DNA of 64,000 nucleotides from an uncultured Oscillospiraceae bacterium (GCA_900539425.1 UQBX01000005.1:20908-84907); one strand, 5' to 3'. Shown: positions 33,742 to 43,826, counted from the stretch's first letter. Notes: generated from the letters alone by a model not told the origin. Program-made: numbers and translations.

Positions 33742-35079
33742 ATGAAAAAGGTTCCTTTCAGATCCGGAATTCACCCGTTTGAGGGTAAGAAATTTTCCGA
33801 AAATAAAGAAACAGTAAAAATAGAATCAGCGCCGCTTATGGTTTTCCCAACAAGTCAGCATATCGGCGCGCCCGCCGTTCCGGTTGTTAAAATCGGTGAC
33901 AGGGTACGCAGAGGCACCTTGATAGCCAAGGCGGCTTCGTTTATATCAAGTCCGGTATATTCGTCAGTTTCCGGCAAGGTAAAAGCTATTGAGGACAGGC
34001 AGAATCCAAATGGCAGCATCTCAAAATGCATAGTTGTAGAAAACGATTTTGAGGATGAGTGCGAGGATGGCTATGGCAGCGTAAAAGATCCGAATGAGCT
34101 TACACCGGAGGAGATTGCTGCGGCTATTACTCAGGCAGGAATTGTAGGTATGGGCGGAGCAGGTTTCCCCACAGGAGTAAAGCTTACGCCTAAAAATGCG
34201 GATAATATTGATTATCTCATACTTAACGGCGCGGAATGTGAGCCGTATTTGACTTCCGATTACCGCCTTATGGTGGAAAAGGCAGGCAACATAATTATGG
34301 GAGCGTCTCTTGCACTGCGCCTTTTTAAAAACGCAAAAGTCGTTGTGGCTATAGAGGACAACAAACCCGCCGCAATAGAGGCATTTGAAGCACAGTGCAA
34401 AAACCTTGAGAAAATAAGCGTTATGCCGCTCAAAACAAAATATCCGCAGGGCGGTGAACGCCGCCTTATTGCAAGCGTTACGGGCAGAAAGATAAATTCA
34501 CATATGCTTCCCGCGGACGCAGGCGTGGTTGTGCTCAATGTGGCAACGGCGTTCGCAATTTATGAGGCGCTGTGTGAAAGCAAACCGCTAATTCACAGAA
34601 TAGTTACTCTCACGGGTGACGGTATGAATTCCCCCTGCAACGCAGATGTTTTGCTTGGTACGCCCGTTTCTTTCGTTGTTGAAAAATGCGGCGGCTTAAA
34701 AGAAAATACTAAAAAGATAATTTCAGGCGGCCCCATGATGGGAATGGCTCTTCAGGGGCTTGATTATCCTGTTACAAAAACATTTTCATCCGTGCTTGCT
34801 CTTACTGAGGATGATGTTGAGGCTATGAAAACTACTGCCTGTATCAGATGCGGCAGGTGTGTTGGCGTGTGCCCCGAAAATCTTGTGCCTCAGTTAATGG
34901 CGCATGCCGTTAAAGCGCTTGATTTCGAACGCTTTGAGGCTATCGGCGGACTCGAATGTATAGAGTGCGGCTGCTGCACATATGTGTGCCCCGCCAAGAG
35001 ACCGTTAACACAGTCATTCAAGCTTGCAAAGGCTGAAATAAGAGCCGCTAAGGCAAAAGCGCAGGGAGGGAAAAAATAA
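33742..35079 (+). CDS. rnfC: Rnf electron-transport complex subunit C.
   Basis: NADH/FMN-binding region and a C-terminal 2x[4Fe-4S] CIRCGRCVGVCP / CIECGCCTYVCP. Confidence 0.9.
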   Translation: MKKVPFRSGIHPFEGKKFSENKETVKIESAPLMVFPTSQHIGAPAVPVVKIGDRVRRGTLIAKAASFISSPVYSSVSGKVKAIEDRQNPNGSISKCIVVENDFEDECEDGYGSVKDPNELTPEEIAAAITQAGIVGMGGAGFPTGVKLTPKNADNIDYLILNGAECEPYLTSDYRLMVEKAGNIIMGASLALRLFKNAKVVVAIEDNKPAAIEAFEAQCKNLEKISVMPLKTKYPQGGERRLIASVTGRKINSHMLPADAGVVVLNVATAFAIYEALCESKPLIHRIVTLTGDGMNSPCNADVLLGTPVSFVVEKCGGLKENTKKIISGGPMMGMALQGLDYPVTKTFSSVLALTEDDVEAMKTTACIRCGRCVGVCPENLVPQLMAHAVKALDFERFEAIGGLECIECGCCTYVCPAKRPLTQSFKLAKAEIRAAKAKAQGGKK

Positions 35080-35080
35080 T

Positions 35081-36022
35081 ATGTATAATGTTTCCGTTTC
35101 CCCACATATAAGGGATAAAAGTTCAACAAGAAAAATTATGATAGATGTGTGTATCGCCCTTGTGCCCACCCTTGCTTTCGGTGTATGGCATTTCGGCATA
35201 AACGCTCTTTTTGTAATTATTTCATCCGTTCTCAGCTGTGTTGTTTCAGAGGCGGTGTTTGAACTTATAGTCAAAAAACCAATAACAGTTTTCGATTTCA
35301 GCGCTGTTGTTACAGGACTTATTCTGGCGCTGAATATGCCGCCTAACATTGCATGGTGGGTGCCTGCTATCGGAGGCGTGTTCGCCATTGTAATAGTTAA
35401 AATGCTTTTCGGCGGAATAGGGCAGAATATTATGAACCCCGCTCTTGCGGCACGCTGTTTCCTGCTTATTTCATTCGCCTCAAGAATGACTGATTTTTCA
35501 GTGGACGGCGTATCATCCGCTACTCCGCTTGCAGTGCTTAAATCAGGCGGAAGTGTTGACCTGCTTGATGCTTTCCTCGGTTTCAAAACGGGATGTATCG
35601 GTGAGGTATCAGTGGCTGCAATTCTTATCGGCGCGGCTTATCTGCTTATAAGAAAAGTAATTTCAATAAGAATTCCCGCTGTTTACATACTTTCAACTGC
35701 ACTTTTCATATTTGTATTCAGCCTTGCAAAAACAGGTATGCCCACGTGGCAGTTTATGCTCGGTGAACTTTTGACGGGCGGCCTTATGGCAGGCGCGTTC
35801 TTTATGGCAACTGATTATACAACAAGCCCGATCACTAAGTGGGGGCAGGTAGTTTATGCAGTGCTGATAGGCTTCCTGACTGCAGTTTTCCGTATTCTCG
35901 GTTCAAGTGCAGAGGGCGTTTCATACGCAATCATCATCAGCAACCTGTTTGTTCCTATTATTGAAAAGATAACTGTTCCGAAAGCGTTCGGAGTCAAGAA
36001 AAAAGAGAAAAAGGGGGCATAA
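35081..36022 (+). CDS. rnfD: Rnf subunit D.
   Basis: Polytopic membrane protein; covalent FMN site region (…SSATPL…). Confidence 0.88.
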   Translation: MYNVSVSPHIRDKSSTRKIMIDVCIALVPTLAFGVWHFGINALFVIISSVLSCVVSEAVFELIVKKPITVFDFSAVVTGLILALNMPPNIAWWVPAIGGVFAIVIVKMLFGGIGQNIMNPALAARCFLLISFASRMTDFSVDGVSSATPLAVLKSGGSVDLLDAFLGFKTGCIGEVSVAAILIGAAYLLIRKVISIRIPAVYILSTALFIFVFSLAKTGMPTWQFMLGELLTGGLMAGAFFMATDYTTSPITKWGQVVYAVLIGFLTAVFRILGSSAEGVSYAIIISNLFVPIIEKITVPKAFGVKKKEKKGA

Positions 36023-36025
36023 GCT

Positions 36026-36649
36026 GTGGCAAAGTCAAAATCTTCATTCCTTAAAAACTGCGTTGCCCTGCTTGTAATCACCCTTGTTGCGGGACTTGCG
36101 CTTTCAGCTGTAAATGAGATAACTAAAGAGCCCATAGCAAAGGCGGAGGAAACTGCAAGGCTTGAGGCTTATGAAACAGTTTTCCCTGACGCAGAGTTTG
36201 AAACTCCGCAGGATCTTGACGCTCTCCTTGAGGGCGGCCAGGCGGCAATTGACAGTGTGGGACTTACAGGCTGTACTGTAAGCGATATACTTTATGCAAA
36301 TGACGCAAACGGAGAGAGAATAGGTTATGTTGTTGCTGCTGTTTCTCCGAACGGTTACGGCGGCGATATTTCCGTTGCTGTGGGTATAGATGCAAAAACC
36401 AGCACGATAACAGGCTTTTCCGTGCTTTCAAACAGCGAAACGGCGGGCCTCGGCGCACGCTGTACTGAAGATGAGTTCGTTTCTCAGTTCGCAGGCAAGG
36501 ATGCCACTTCCATTGAGTATGTAAAGGGCGGCGGCGCTACCGGCAATCAGATAGACGCTATCAGCGGCGCTACCGTTACAACAAATGCCGTAACAGAAGC
36601 CGTAAACAGTGCTCTAGCCGTATACGGCAATGTTTTAAAGGAGGGTTAA
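36026..36649 (+). CDS. rnfG: Rnf subunit G (GTG start).
   Basis: N-terminal TM anchor plus a periplasmic FMN-binding domain (…SGATVTT…). Confidence 0.85.
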   Translation: MAKSKSSFLKNCVALLVITLVAGLALSAVNEITKEPIAKAEETARLEAYETVFPDAEFETPQDLDALLEGGQAAIDSVGLTGCTVSDILYANDANGERIGYVVAAVSPNGYGGDISVAVGIDAKTSTITGFSVLSNSETAGLGARCTEDEFVSQFAGKDATSIEYVKGGGATGNQIDAISGATVTTNAVTEAVNSALAVYGNVLKEG

Positions 36650-36652
36650 TGT

Positions 36653-37336
36653 ATGAATCCTATTGTTGAAAGGCTTAAAAACGGAATCATAACGGAAAAC
36701 CCCACTTTCGTGCTTATGCTCGGAATGTGCCCCACTCTTGCCGTTACTACCTCTGCTATAAACGGTATCGGTATGGGCCTTGCCACTACTGCGGTTCTTG
36801 TTATGAGCAATCTTATGATTTCCGCACTCAGAAAAGTTATTCCTAACGGAGTAAGAATGCCTGCTTATATAGTAATAGTTGCATCGTTCGTAACTATTGT
36901 TGAACTTCTTCTCCATGCTTATGTAAAATCTGTTTATGACGCTCTCGGACTTTATATTCCGCTTATCGTTGTAAACTGCATAATCCTCGGCAGAGCGGAA
37001 AGCTATGCCGCTAAAAACAAAGTGATACCGTCAATATTTGACGGCCTTGGAATGGGTCTCGGATTTACAATAGGCCTTGTTTGCATTGGCGCTATACGAG
37101 AGCTTATTGGTGCCGGTACCTGCTTTGGACTTCAGATTCTTCCTGAAAGCTATGAGGGCGTTTCAATATTCATTCTTGCCCCGGGAGCGTTTCTTGTGCT
37201 TGCGTTCCTCTGCGCAATTCAGAATAAACTCGGTCTCAAGGGCGCAAACCGCCATGTCAAGGAAGATGCCTGCAAGGGTGACTGTATGAACTGCGCTCTT
37301 GCCTGCAATGGTATAAAGGAGGGTGAGAAAAAATGA
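36653..37336 (+). CDS. rnfE: Rnf subunit E.
   Basis: RnfA/E-family six-TM protein. Confidence 0.88.
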   Translation: MNPIVERLKNGIITENPTFVLMLGMCPTLAVTTSAINGIGMGLATTAVLVMSNLMISALRKVIPNGVRMPAYIVIVASFVTIVELLLHAYVKSVYDALGLYIPLIVVNCIILGRAESYAAKNKVIPSIFDGLGMGLGFTIGLVCIGAIRELIGAGTCFGLQILPESYEGVSIFILAPGAFLVLAFLCAIQNKLGLKGANRHVKEDACKGDCMNCALACNGIKEGEKK

Positions 37337-37911
37337 TAAAAACACTGTTTCTCGTTATCATCACAACCGCCCTTATTAACAATGTAGTTTTAAGCCAGTT
37401 CCTCGGAATATGTGCGTTCCTCGGCGTTTCTAAAAATATCAAAACAGCCGCGGGAATGGGCGGAGCCGTAATATTTGTAATAACGATAGCAAGCGCTGTT
37501 ACAAATCTGCTTTATACCGGCATAATTTCAAAACTGGGCATTGAGTATCTGAATACTATAATCTTTATTCTGGTAATCGCAGCGCTTGTTCAGTTTATTG
37601 AGCTGTTTCTTAAAAAGTTTGTTCCTAAACTTCACCAGGCGCTCGGTATCTATTTGCCTCTTATTACAACAAACTGTGCCGTGCTCGGCGTTGCGCTCAC
37701 AAATGTTCAGGACGGCAATGATTTCATCACATCTGTTCTTACAGGTTTCGGAACGGCAATCGGCTTTGCGCTGGCAATCATTATACTTGCCGGTATACGC
37801 GAAAAGACCGAAAGCAACGATATTCCGAAAGCATTCAAAGGCACACCTGCCGTACTTCTCACTTCCTGCCTTATGGCAATAGCGTTTTACGGCTTTAACA
37901 CACTTGCGTAA
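37333..37911 (+). CDS. rnfA: Rnf subunit A.
   Basis: RnfA/E-family six-TM protein, paralog of rnfE. Confidence 0.88.
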   Translation: MIKTLFLVIITTALINNVVLSQFLGICAFLGVSKNIKTAAGMGGAVIFVITIASAVTNLLYTGIISKLGIEYLNTIIFILVIAALVQFIELFLKKFVPKLHQALGIYLPLITTNCAVLGVALTNVQDGNDFITSVLTGFGTAIGFALAIIILAGIREKTESNDIPKAFKGTPAVLLTSCLMAIAFYGFNTLA

Positions 37912-37921
37912 GGAGGTTTAT

Positions 37922-38722
37922 ATGGATATTAAAAACATTCTTATTGCAACAGTGGTTGTTGCCGCGGTGGGCGTTGTCATAGCGATAGTGCTCAGCCTTG
38001 CGGAAAAACTATTCCATGTTGAAGTGGACGAAAAAGAAATTGCCGTGCGTGAATGCCTTGCGGGCAACAACTGCGGCGCCTGCGGTTACGCGGGATGCGA
38101 TGCTCTTGCGAAAGCAATAGCAAACGGAGAAGCTCCTGTTACTGCTTGTACGGTTGCCGGCCAGGCCGGCGCCGATAAAATTGCCACCATTATGGGTGTA
38201 GAAGCGGGCAATGTTGAAAAGCAGGTAGCTTTTGTGCGCTGTTCAGGCACAACAGACCTCAGGCAAAAAAAGTTTGATTATTACGGCACCAAAACATGTA
38301 CTTCCGTTAAATTTGCTCTTGGCAGAGGAGATATGTCATGCGCTTACGGCTGTATGGGTTACGGAAGCTGTGTTGCCGTGTGCGACAGCAAAGCAATACG
38401 TATTATAAACGGGAAAGCCGTTGTTGAGCCTGATCTGTGCGTGGCTTGCGGCAAATGCGTAAAGGAGTGTCCGCAGGATCTTATTGAGATCGTGCCTCAG
38501 TCTTCTGTTTACAGAGTGCAGTGCTCAAACAGGCAGAAAGGAAAAATAGTTCGTGTAAATTGCCAGGCAGGCTGTATAGGCTGCGGCCTTTGTGAAAGAA
38601 ACTGCCCCACGGGCGCAATAAAGGTTACGGATAACCTTGCTAAAATCGATTACACAAAGTGTGTTGCCTGCGGCGTTTGTGCTGAAAAATGCCCGTCAAA
38701 GGTTATCAGAAAATATAATTAA
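37922..38722 (+). CDS. rnfB: Rnf subunit B (polyferredoxin).
   Basis: N-terminal TM helix plus multiple CxxCxxCxxxCP clusters. Confidence 0.88.
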   Translation: MDIKNILIATVVVAAVGVVIAIVLSLAEKLFHVEVDEKEIAVRECLAGNNCGACGYAGCDALAKAIANGEAPVTACTVAGQAGADKIATIMGVEAGNVEKQVAFVRCSGTTDLRQKKFDYYGTKTCTSVKFALGRGDMSCAYGCMGYGSCVAVCDSKAIRIINGKAVVEPDLCVACGKCVKECPQDLIEIVPQSSVYRVQCSNRQKGKIVRVNCQAGCIGCGLCERNCPTGAIKVTDNLAKIDYTKCVACGVCAEKCPSKVIRKYN

Positions 38723-38744
38723 ATTAATTGAAGGGGGAAGAATT

Positions 38745-39782
38745 ATGAAAAAAGTTTTTTCGGTTATTCTTTCCCTTCTTTTTGTGCTTCTTTTTTCTTC
38801 GTGTGCGCAAAGTGAGGATAAGTCATATTCAAAAGATTTTCTGGATCTTTTTGATACCGCATCTTCTGTAACTGCGTCGGATACCTCTCAAGAGGCTTTT
38901 GACAGCCATTTTGACGCCGTTTACAGTGAGCTTAAAGAGTATTCACAGCTATATGATATTTACAATTCATACGGTGATCTGGTGAACCTAAAGTATATAA
39001 ATGAAAATGCCGCTAAAGCTCCTGTCAAAGCAGATGAAAAGATAATAGATCTGCTTTTATGGGGCAAGGAAGCGTATGAAATAAGCGAAGGCAGAGTGAA
39101 TATAGCCATGGGAAGCGTCCTGTCAGAATGGCACAATGCACGCGAATATGCCTCAGAAAATCCCGACAATGCTTATCTGCCGGATATGGATGTTCTGAAA
39201 GAAAAGGCACAGCATACTGATATAAACGATCTTATAATAGATGAGGAAAATTCAACGGTATATTTTGCGGATCCCGAAATGAGCATAGACGCAGGCGCTG
39301 TTGCCAAAGGTTATATTGCAGACAGAATATGTGATTTTATAACTCAAAACAATATCTGGCAGTCGGCAATAATCAGTCTCGGCGGCAATGTCAAAACTAT
39401 CGGATACAAAAACGGGGATTCAGGCACACCGTTTAATATAGGCATAGAAAATCCACAGGGCGGATATATTGCCGTTGTCCGCGCCTCAAACGGCAAAAGT
39501 GTTGTTACAAGCGGGGATTATCAGCGGTATTATACTGTTGACGGAAAACGCTACTGCCATATAATTTCACCCGAAACTCTTATGCCTGCGCAGGGAATAC
39601 AGAGCGTCAGCATCGTTTCTGATGATTCGGCGCTTGCCGATGTGCTTTCAACAACAATGTTTCAGATGTCTCCTCAGGATGCTCTTGAGTTTATAAAAAA
39701 TTTCAGCGGCTGCGAGGCTGTTATTATGGACAGTTCGGGTGAATTTTATTATTCAGACGGCTTTGAGGATTTGATGCAATGA
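38745..39782 (+). CDS. apbE: FAD:protein FMN transferase (ApbE), lipoprotein.
   Basis: Lipobox LFSSC. ApbE-family length and motifs (…GAVAKGY…). Confidence 0.8.
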   Translation: MKKVFSVILSLLFVLLFSSCAQSEDKSYSKDFLDLFDTASSVTASDTSQEAFDSHFDAVYSELKEYSQLYDIYNSYGDLVNLKYINENAAKAPVKADEKIIDLLLWGKEAYEISEGRVNIAMGSVLSEWHNAREYASENPDNAYLPDMDVLKEKAQHTDINDLIIDEENSTVYFADPEMSIDAGAVAKGYIADRICDFITQNNIWQSAIISLGGNVKTIGYKNGDSGTPFNIGIENPQGGYIAVVRASNGKSVVTSGDYQRYYTVDGKRYCHIISPETLMPAQGIQSVSIVSDDSALADVLSTTMFQMSPQDALEFIKNFSGCEAVIMDSSGEFYYSDGFEDLMQ

Positions 39783-40168
39783 AAGGTAAATTTTTCAGAA
39801 AAGGCGATCTTATTGCCGCCGCAGTCATAGCTGTAGTATGTGTTGCGCTGTTTCTGGGTCTTTATGTTTTCAACTCGAATACAGGGTCTTACGTTCAAAT
39901 AGAGCAAAACGGCAGCGTGATTGCAACTTTGCCCCTTGATGAGGATACCGTGTATAATATTGAAACTAACTCAAAGATAACAAATACCGTTCAGATAAAA
40001 GACGGAGAGGTAAGCGTTACTTATGCCGATTGCCCGGATCAGATATGCGTCAACCATGCGCCTGTAAGTCTGGCGGGCGAAAGTATTATCTGCCTGCCGA
40101 ACGAAGTGGTGGTTTCCGTTGTCGGCTCTGACGGTAATGAAAGTCAGCCGGATGGGGTGGCGCGATGA
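39779..40168 (+). CDS. NusG domain II-containing protein (DUF1312 family).
   Basis: N-terminal TM helix plus a beta domain with the CPDQIC motif. Confidence 0.6.
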   Translation: MKGKFFRKGDLIAAAVIAVVCVALFLGLYVFNSNTGSYVQIEQNGSVIATLPLDEDTVYNIETNSKITNTVQIKDGEVSVTYADCPDQICVNHAPVSLAGESIICLPNEVVVSVVGSDGNESQPDGVAR

Positions 40169-40665
40169 AAAGCATATCAAAGAAAACGGCGTTTTTTGCG
40201 CTCTTTGTTGCACTTGCCTTTGTGTTTTCTTATCTTGAAACACTTATTCCCTTTAATTTCGGAATACCGGGAATAAAGCTTGGCCTTGCGAATCTTGTTG
40301 TCGTTACGGCAATGTATACGGTAGGGGAAAAACAGGCGTTTGCAATATCCGTAATAAGAATAATACTTGCCGGTCTTACATTCGGCGGCGTTTTTTCACT
40401 CGTTTACAGCCTTGCAGGCGGCATACTTTCATTTTTTGCTATGCTTCTTGCAAAGCGGTGTAAAGCGCTTTCAATAACCGGTGTTTCAATAATAGGCGGT
40501 TCGGTTCACAATATAGGTCAGATAGCCGCCGCTGCAGTAGTTATGCAAACTTACAGAATAGTTTATTACCTGCCTGTGCTTTTGCTTTCAGGCGCAGTCA
40601 CAGGCACTGTTATCGGTGTTGTTTCAGGTATTATAGTAAACAGACTTAATAAGGTGATTAAATGA
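40165..40665 (+). CDS. Gx transporter family protein (heptaprenyl-diphosphate-synthase component I-like membrane protein).
   Basis: …LETLIPFNFGIPGIKLGLANLVV… five-TM small protein. Confidence 0.6.
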   Translation: MKSISKKTAFFALFVALAFVFSYLETLIPFNFGIPGIKLGLANLVVVTAMYTVGEKQAFAISVIRIILAGLTFGGVFSLVYSLAGGILSFFAMLLAKRCKALSITGVSIIGGSVHNIGQIAAAAVVMQTYRIVYYLPVLLLSGAVTGTVIGVVSGIIVNRLNKVIK

Positions 40666-41201
40666 TTATAAGGTCTTACAAGGGCAAAACGCCCGATATA
40701 AAAGACGCCGCGTTTATAGCGGATAACGCCGTTATAGTGGGCGATGTTACTTTGAAAAAGGGCAGTTCCGTTTGGTACGGCGCAGTCCTCAGAGCCGATG
40801 ATGAAAAAATAATCGTCGGTGAAAACTCAAATATTCAGGATAATTGTACTGTTCATTGTTCAACAGGATACCCCGCAGTGATAGGAGATAATGTTACCGT
40901 TGGGCACAATGCTCTCATTCACGGCTGTACTATAGGTGATAATTGCCTGATAGGTATGCATTCCACGGTTATGAACGGTGCAAAGCTCGGCAAAAACTGC
41001 CTTGTAGGAGCAGGAGCTCTTGTTACTGAAAACAAGACTTTTGAAGATAATCTGCTTCTTATGGGTGTTCCCGCAAAGGAAAAGGCGGTGCTTGATGAAA
41101 AAGCAGTGCAGGGAATAACCGAAAACGCAAATCATTACTGCGAAAAAGCGGCGCAGTATAAGGCAGAACAATTAAAACCGCCTGCACCGCAGAAGATTTA
41201 G
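40662..41201 (+). CDS. Gamma-class carbonic anhydrase-family / hexapeptide-repeat protein.
   Basis: Left-handed beta-helix repeats and the …VGHNALIHGCTIGDNCLIGMHSTVMNGAKLG… pattern. Confidence 0.75.
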   Translation: MIIRSYKGKTPDIKDAAFIADNAVIVGDVTLKKGSSVWYGAVLRADDEKIIVGENSNIQDNCTVHCSTGYPAVIGDNVTVGHNALIHGCTIGDNCLIGMHSTVMNGAKLGKNCLVGAGALVTENKTFEDNLLLMGVPAKEKAVLDEKAVQGITENANHYCEKAAQYKAEQLKPPAPQKI

Positions 41202-41221
41202 AACTTTATTACGGAGAAAAA

Positions 41222-42001
41222 ATGAATTTAAAAGAACTTATTATGCTCTCAGATATATATGCTCCGCAGGCATATGCGGATTTTGCAGAAATGACGTGGG
41301 GTATAATGTTTTACGACAGCAATAATCCCACAATGCATGATGTAAATCACGCCTGTATTATCAATGACAGCGATTTTGATTCAGCGCTTGCCGATATCAG
41401 GTCGTTTTATATTCAGAAAAAGCTTGTACCCAGAATATATCTTGCGGGAGCACAACATCGTGATTTTAAAGATGTATTAGAAAAACAGGGCTTTGCCATA
41501 AGCAGATTCGGAGATTTTCAGCATTTTTTGCTTACGGAAAAATGCTCTGTGCGTCAAAGTAATAATCTTTTTATTAGAGAACTCAGAAGTAAAAACGATA
41601 TTACTCAGAAACTGCTTGATAACCTGTACTGCGTATATATGCAGGAGGATCCCGATACTGTTAACCGCAGCAGAAGATTGCTTCGGCGTGTTGTTGAAAG
41701 TAATAAATGCCGCCTTTTCTGCGGCTTTTATGATAATGAGCCTGCATGCATCGCCATGCTTGTTGAAACACGTTTCGGTATGTATTGCTTAGATCTTGTT
41801 GAAACGGCTCAGAAATTCAAAGGGAGGGGATTTGCAAGGGAACTTATATCTTACCTTGTAAAACTTTGCGACCGCCCCACTTTTCTCTATTCTGAAAACC
41901 CTACAGCAATAAGGATTTATGAGGAGGCGGGTTTTCGCAGAATAAAGGTATCTCCGGAGCCGTGTTTTTACAGAGCAGTTTATATGAAATCAGAACAATG
42001 A
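41222..42001 (+). CDS. GNAT-family N-acetyltransferase (tandem GNAT-like halves).
   Basis: C-terminal motif A …KGRGFARELISYLV…, second fold-like region …IRIYEEAGFR. Confidence 0.5.
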   Translation: MNLKELIMLSDIYAPQAYADFAEMTWGIMFYDSNNPTMHDVNHACIINDSDFDSALADIRSFYIQKKLVPRIYLAGAQHRDFKDVLEKQGFAISRFGDFQHFLLTEKCSVRQSNNLFIRELRSKNDITQKLLDNLYCVYMQEDPDTVNRSRRLLRRVVESNKCRLFCGFYDNEPACIAMLVETRFGMYCLDLVETAQKFKGRGFARELISYLVKLCDRPTFLYSENPTAIRIYEEAGFRRIKVSPEPCFYRAVYMKSEQ

Positions 42002-42028
42002 AAAAGACCGCTTATGCGGTCTTTTTTT
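42001..42028. terminator. Bidirectional terminator aaaaagaccgcttatgcggtcttttttt between convergent genes.
   Basis: Read from the sequence. Confidence 0.8.
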
Positions 42029-42635
42029 ATATCTTCTCAAAGTCCGATGCGGGGTGCTTGCATATAGGGCAGATGAAATCATCGGGCAGTTTTTCACCCT
42101 TGTATTCATATCCGCAAACTCTGCACCGCCAAACTGTTTGCTCAGTAGTTTTTTCAGCGGGTTTCGGTTTTATATTGCTGTGATAATAAGCATAGGTAGC
42201 AGATGGCGTGTCTGAAAGTGTTTTCGCATCCTCAACAACGGCAATAAACATTGTGTGTGTTTCCTCATCTATCTCGTTTTCAACCCTTGCCGCAATGAAA
42301 GCGTTAGTGCCTCGGGTGATGTAAACAACACCGTTTTCAGCCCTCTCATAGTCTGAAAAATCACTGAATTTATCCGTGTCAAATCCGCTCTGAAAGCCAA
42401 AATGTTTGAAAAGCTCAAAGTCAGCGCTTTCGTCAAGTACAGAAATATTAAAAACACCCGTATTTTTAATCATATCGTGTGTTTTGCTTTTTTTGTTTAT
42501 TGTAACTGAAACTCTGTTGGGCGAATCCGTTATCTGCCCCGCTGTGTTCACTATGCAGCCGTTGTCGCCGTCATTTTCCTGAGCAGTAATGACATAAAGT
42601 CCGTAAGAAAATTTAAATAATGCGTTGTTGTCCAT
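42027..42635 (-). CDS. Flavin reductase-like (FMN split-barrel) domain fused to a C-terminal rubredoxin (high-molecular-weight rubredoxin).
   Basis: C-terminal CRVCGYEY…CPICKHP rubredoxin knuckles. N-terminal flavin-reductase-like fold. Confidence 0.7.
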   Translation of the reverse strand: MDNNALFKFSYGLYVITAQENDGDNGCIVNTAGQITDSPNRVSVTINKKSKTHDMIKNTGVFNISVLDESADFELFKHFGFQSGFDTDKFSDFSDYERAENGVVYITRGTNAFIAARVENEIDEETHTMFIAVVEDAKTLSDTPSATYAYYHSNIKPKPAEKTTEQTVWRCRVCGYEYKGEKLPDDFICPICKHPASDFEKI

Positions 42636-42723
42636 AACATCTTCCTTTCTTTTTACTATTTTACCCGCATTGTGCTTAAATTAATTGATTAAGGAAAAGA
42701 TAATTAAAAAAGGAGTGTTTTTT

Positions 42724-43104
42724 ATGGAAACCAAATTTTACTATTGTCCCACTTGTAAAAACATAATTACAAAAATAGAGGATAAAAATATGCCTGTGGT
42801 TTGCTGTGAGCATAATATGAAACTTATGGAGCCGTGCACATCTGACGGCGCCGAGGAAAAGCATGTGCCAGTGATAGAGCAAAACGGCAACAAAGTTACC
42901 GTAAAAGTGGGGGAGACGGAACATCCGATGACAAAGGATCACCTGATATCATGGATAGTGCTCAGCACGGATAAGGGCTTTCAGATAAAGTATCTTTCTC
43001 ACAATGATAAACCGCATGCCGTGTTTTATGTAGCGGACGGGGAAACACCCTTGTCGGCTGTTGCGTATTGTAATATTCACGAACTGTGGAAAACGAAAAT
43101 ATGA
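42724..43104 (+). CDS. dfx: Desulfoferrodoxin (2Fe superoxide reductase).
   Basis: N-terminal desulforedoxin CPTCKN…CCEH, SOR motif AEEKHVPVIE, and C-terminal His/Cys ligands …HPMTKDH…CNIHELW. Confidence 0.85.
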   Translation: METKFYYCPTCKNIITKIEDKNMPVVCCEHNMKLMEPCTSDGAEEKHVPVIEQNGNKVTVKVGETEHPMTKDHLISWIVLSTDKGFQIKYLSHNDKPHAVFYVADGETPLSAVAYCNIHELWKTKI

Positions 43105-43122
43105 TCATCGCATATTTGAAAT

Positions 43123-43155
43123 AAAAAAGGACGCGTATCGGCGCGTCCTTTTTTG
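43123..43155. terminator. Bidirectional terminator aaaaaaggacgcg-tatcg-gcgcgtcctttttt.
   Basis: Read from the sequence. Confidence 0.8.
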
Positions 43156-43157
43156 TG

Positions 43158-43799
43158 TCAGTTAAACATATTATACATTGAGTTTTTGTGCATTTCATCT
43201 AAAATTATTTCGCTCGCTTTTTCAACAAAACAGTCAAATTCTTGCTTGTCTGTGTAGAAAAATTCCACGTTTTCAGGCTCTTTATCTTTATAAAATTCAA
43301 CTATATTTTTCATCTGGAGCGCTATTTCTCCATGCCTGTATATGGGAGGATAATTCTCACTGAACGGTCTGTAATTTTTAAAATCCTCAAATGCGGGGCT
43401 TTTATTTTCGGCAAAAAAAGCGTAATCGGCGTCATACCATTCTCTTTTCACACGTTTTGACAGACCCGGATGCTCTCTGTAAAGACCGAATTTATTTTCA
43501 ATCGGTATGCTTACAAGCCGGCTGAAAAGGCAGTCTGTCAGCAGATGGGCATAATATCCCGCATAGAATGATCTTTTTTTGAAATCGGTTTCGTTTTTTA
43601 TGAAGTTTTCAAAAATATAATTATAGTCGCAGTCGCTCTTGTTCCACATCTTCGTCAAATGTGTTATTTCAGTAGGCGGGTCATATCCGCCCTCTTTTTT
43701 TCTAATACCGCAGTCGGGAGCAATACTGCCTATTATGAAATATTCACGGTCAATTTTCTTTAATTGTTTCAGAATTTCGTCTGCTATTCTGAAATGCAT
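43158..43799 (-). CDS. Zn-dependent phospholipase C-like family protein (213 aa from the first ATG). No acceptable RBS. It is in frame with the upstream gene across a single TAA.
   Basis: His/Asp-rich metal-site-like segments (…YYAHLLTDCLF…). See the finding for the in-frame relationship. Confidence 0.45.
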   Translation of the reverse strand: MHFRIADEILKQLKKIDREYFIIGSIAPDCGIRKKEGGYDPPTEITHLTKMWNKSDCDYNYIFENFIKNETDFKKRSFYAGYYAHLLTDCLFSRLVSIPIENKFGLYREHPGLSKRVKREWYDADYAFFAENKSPAFEDFKNYRPFSENYPPIYRHGEIALQMKNIVEFYKDKEPENVEFFYTDKQEFDCFVEKASEIILDEMHKNSMYNMFN

Positions 43800-43826
43800 G
43801 CCCCATGTTGCCGTAAAATTACCCCC

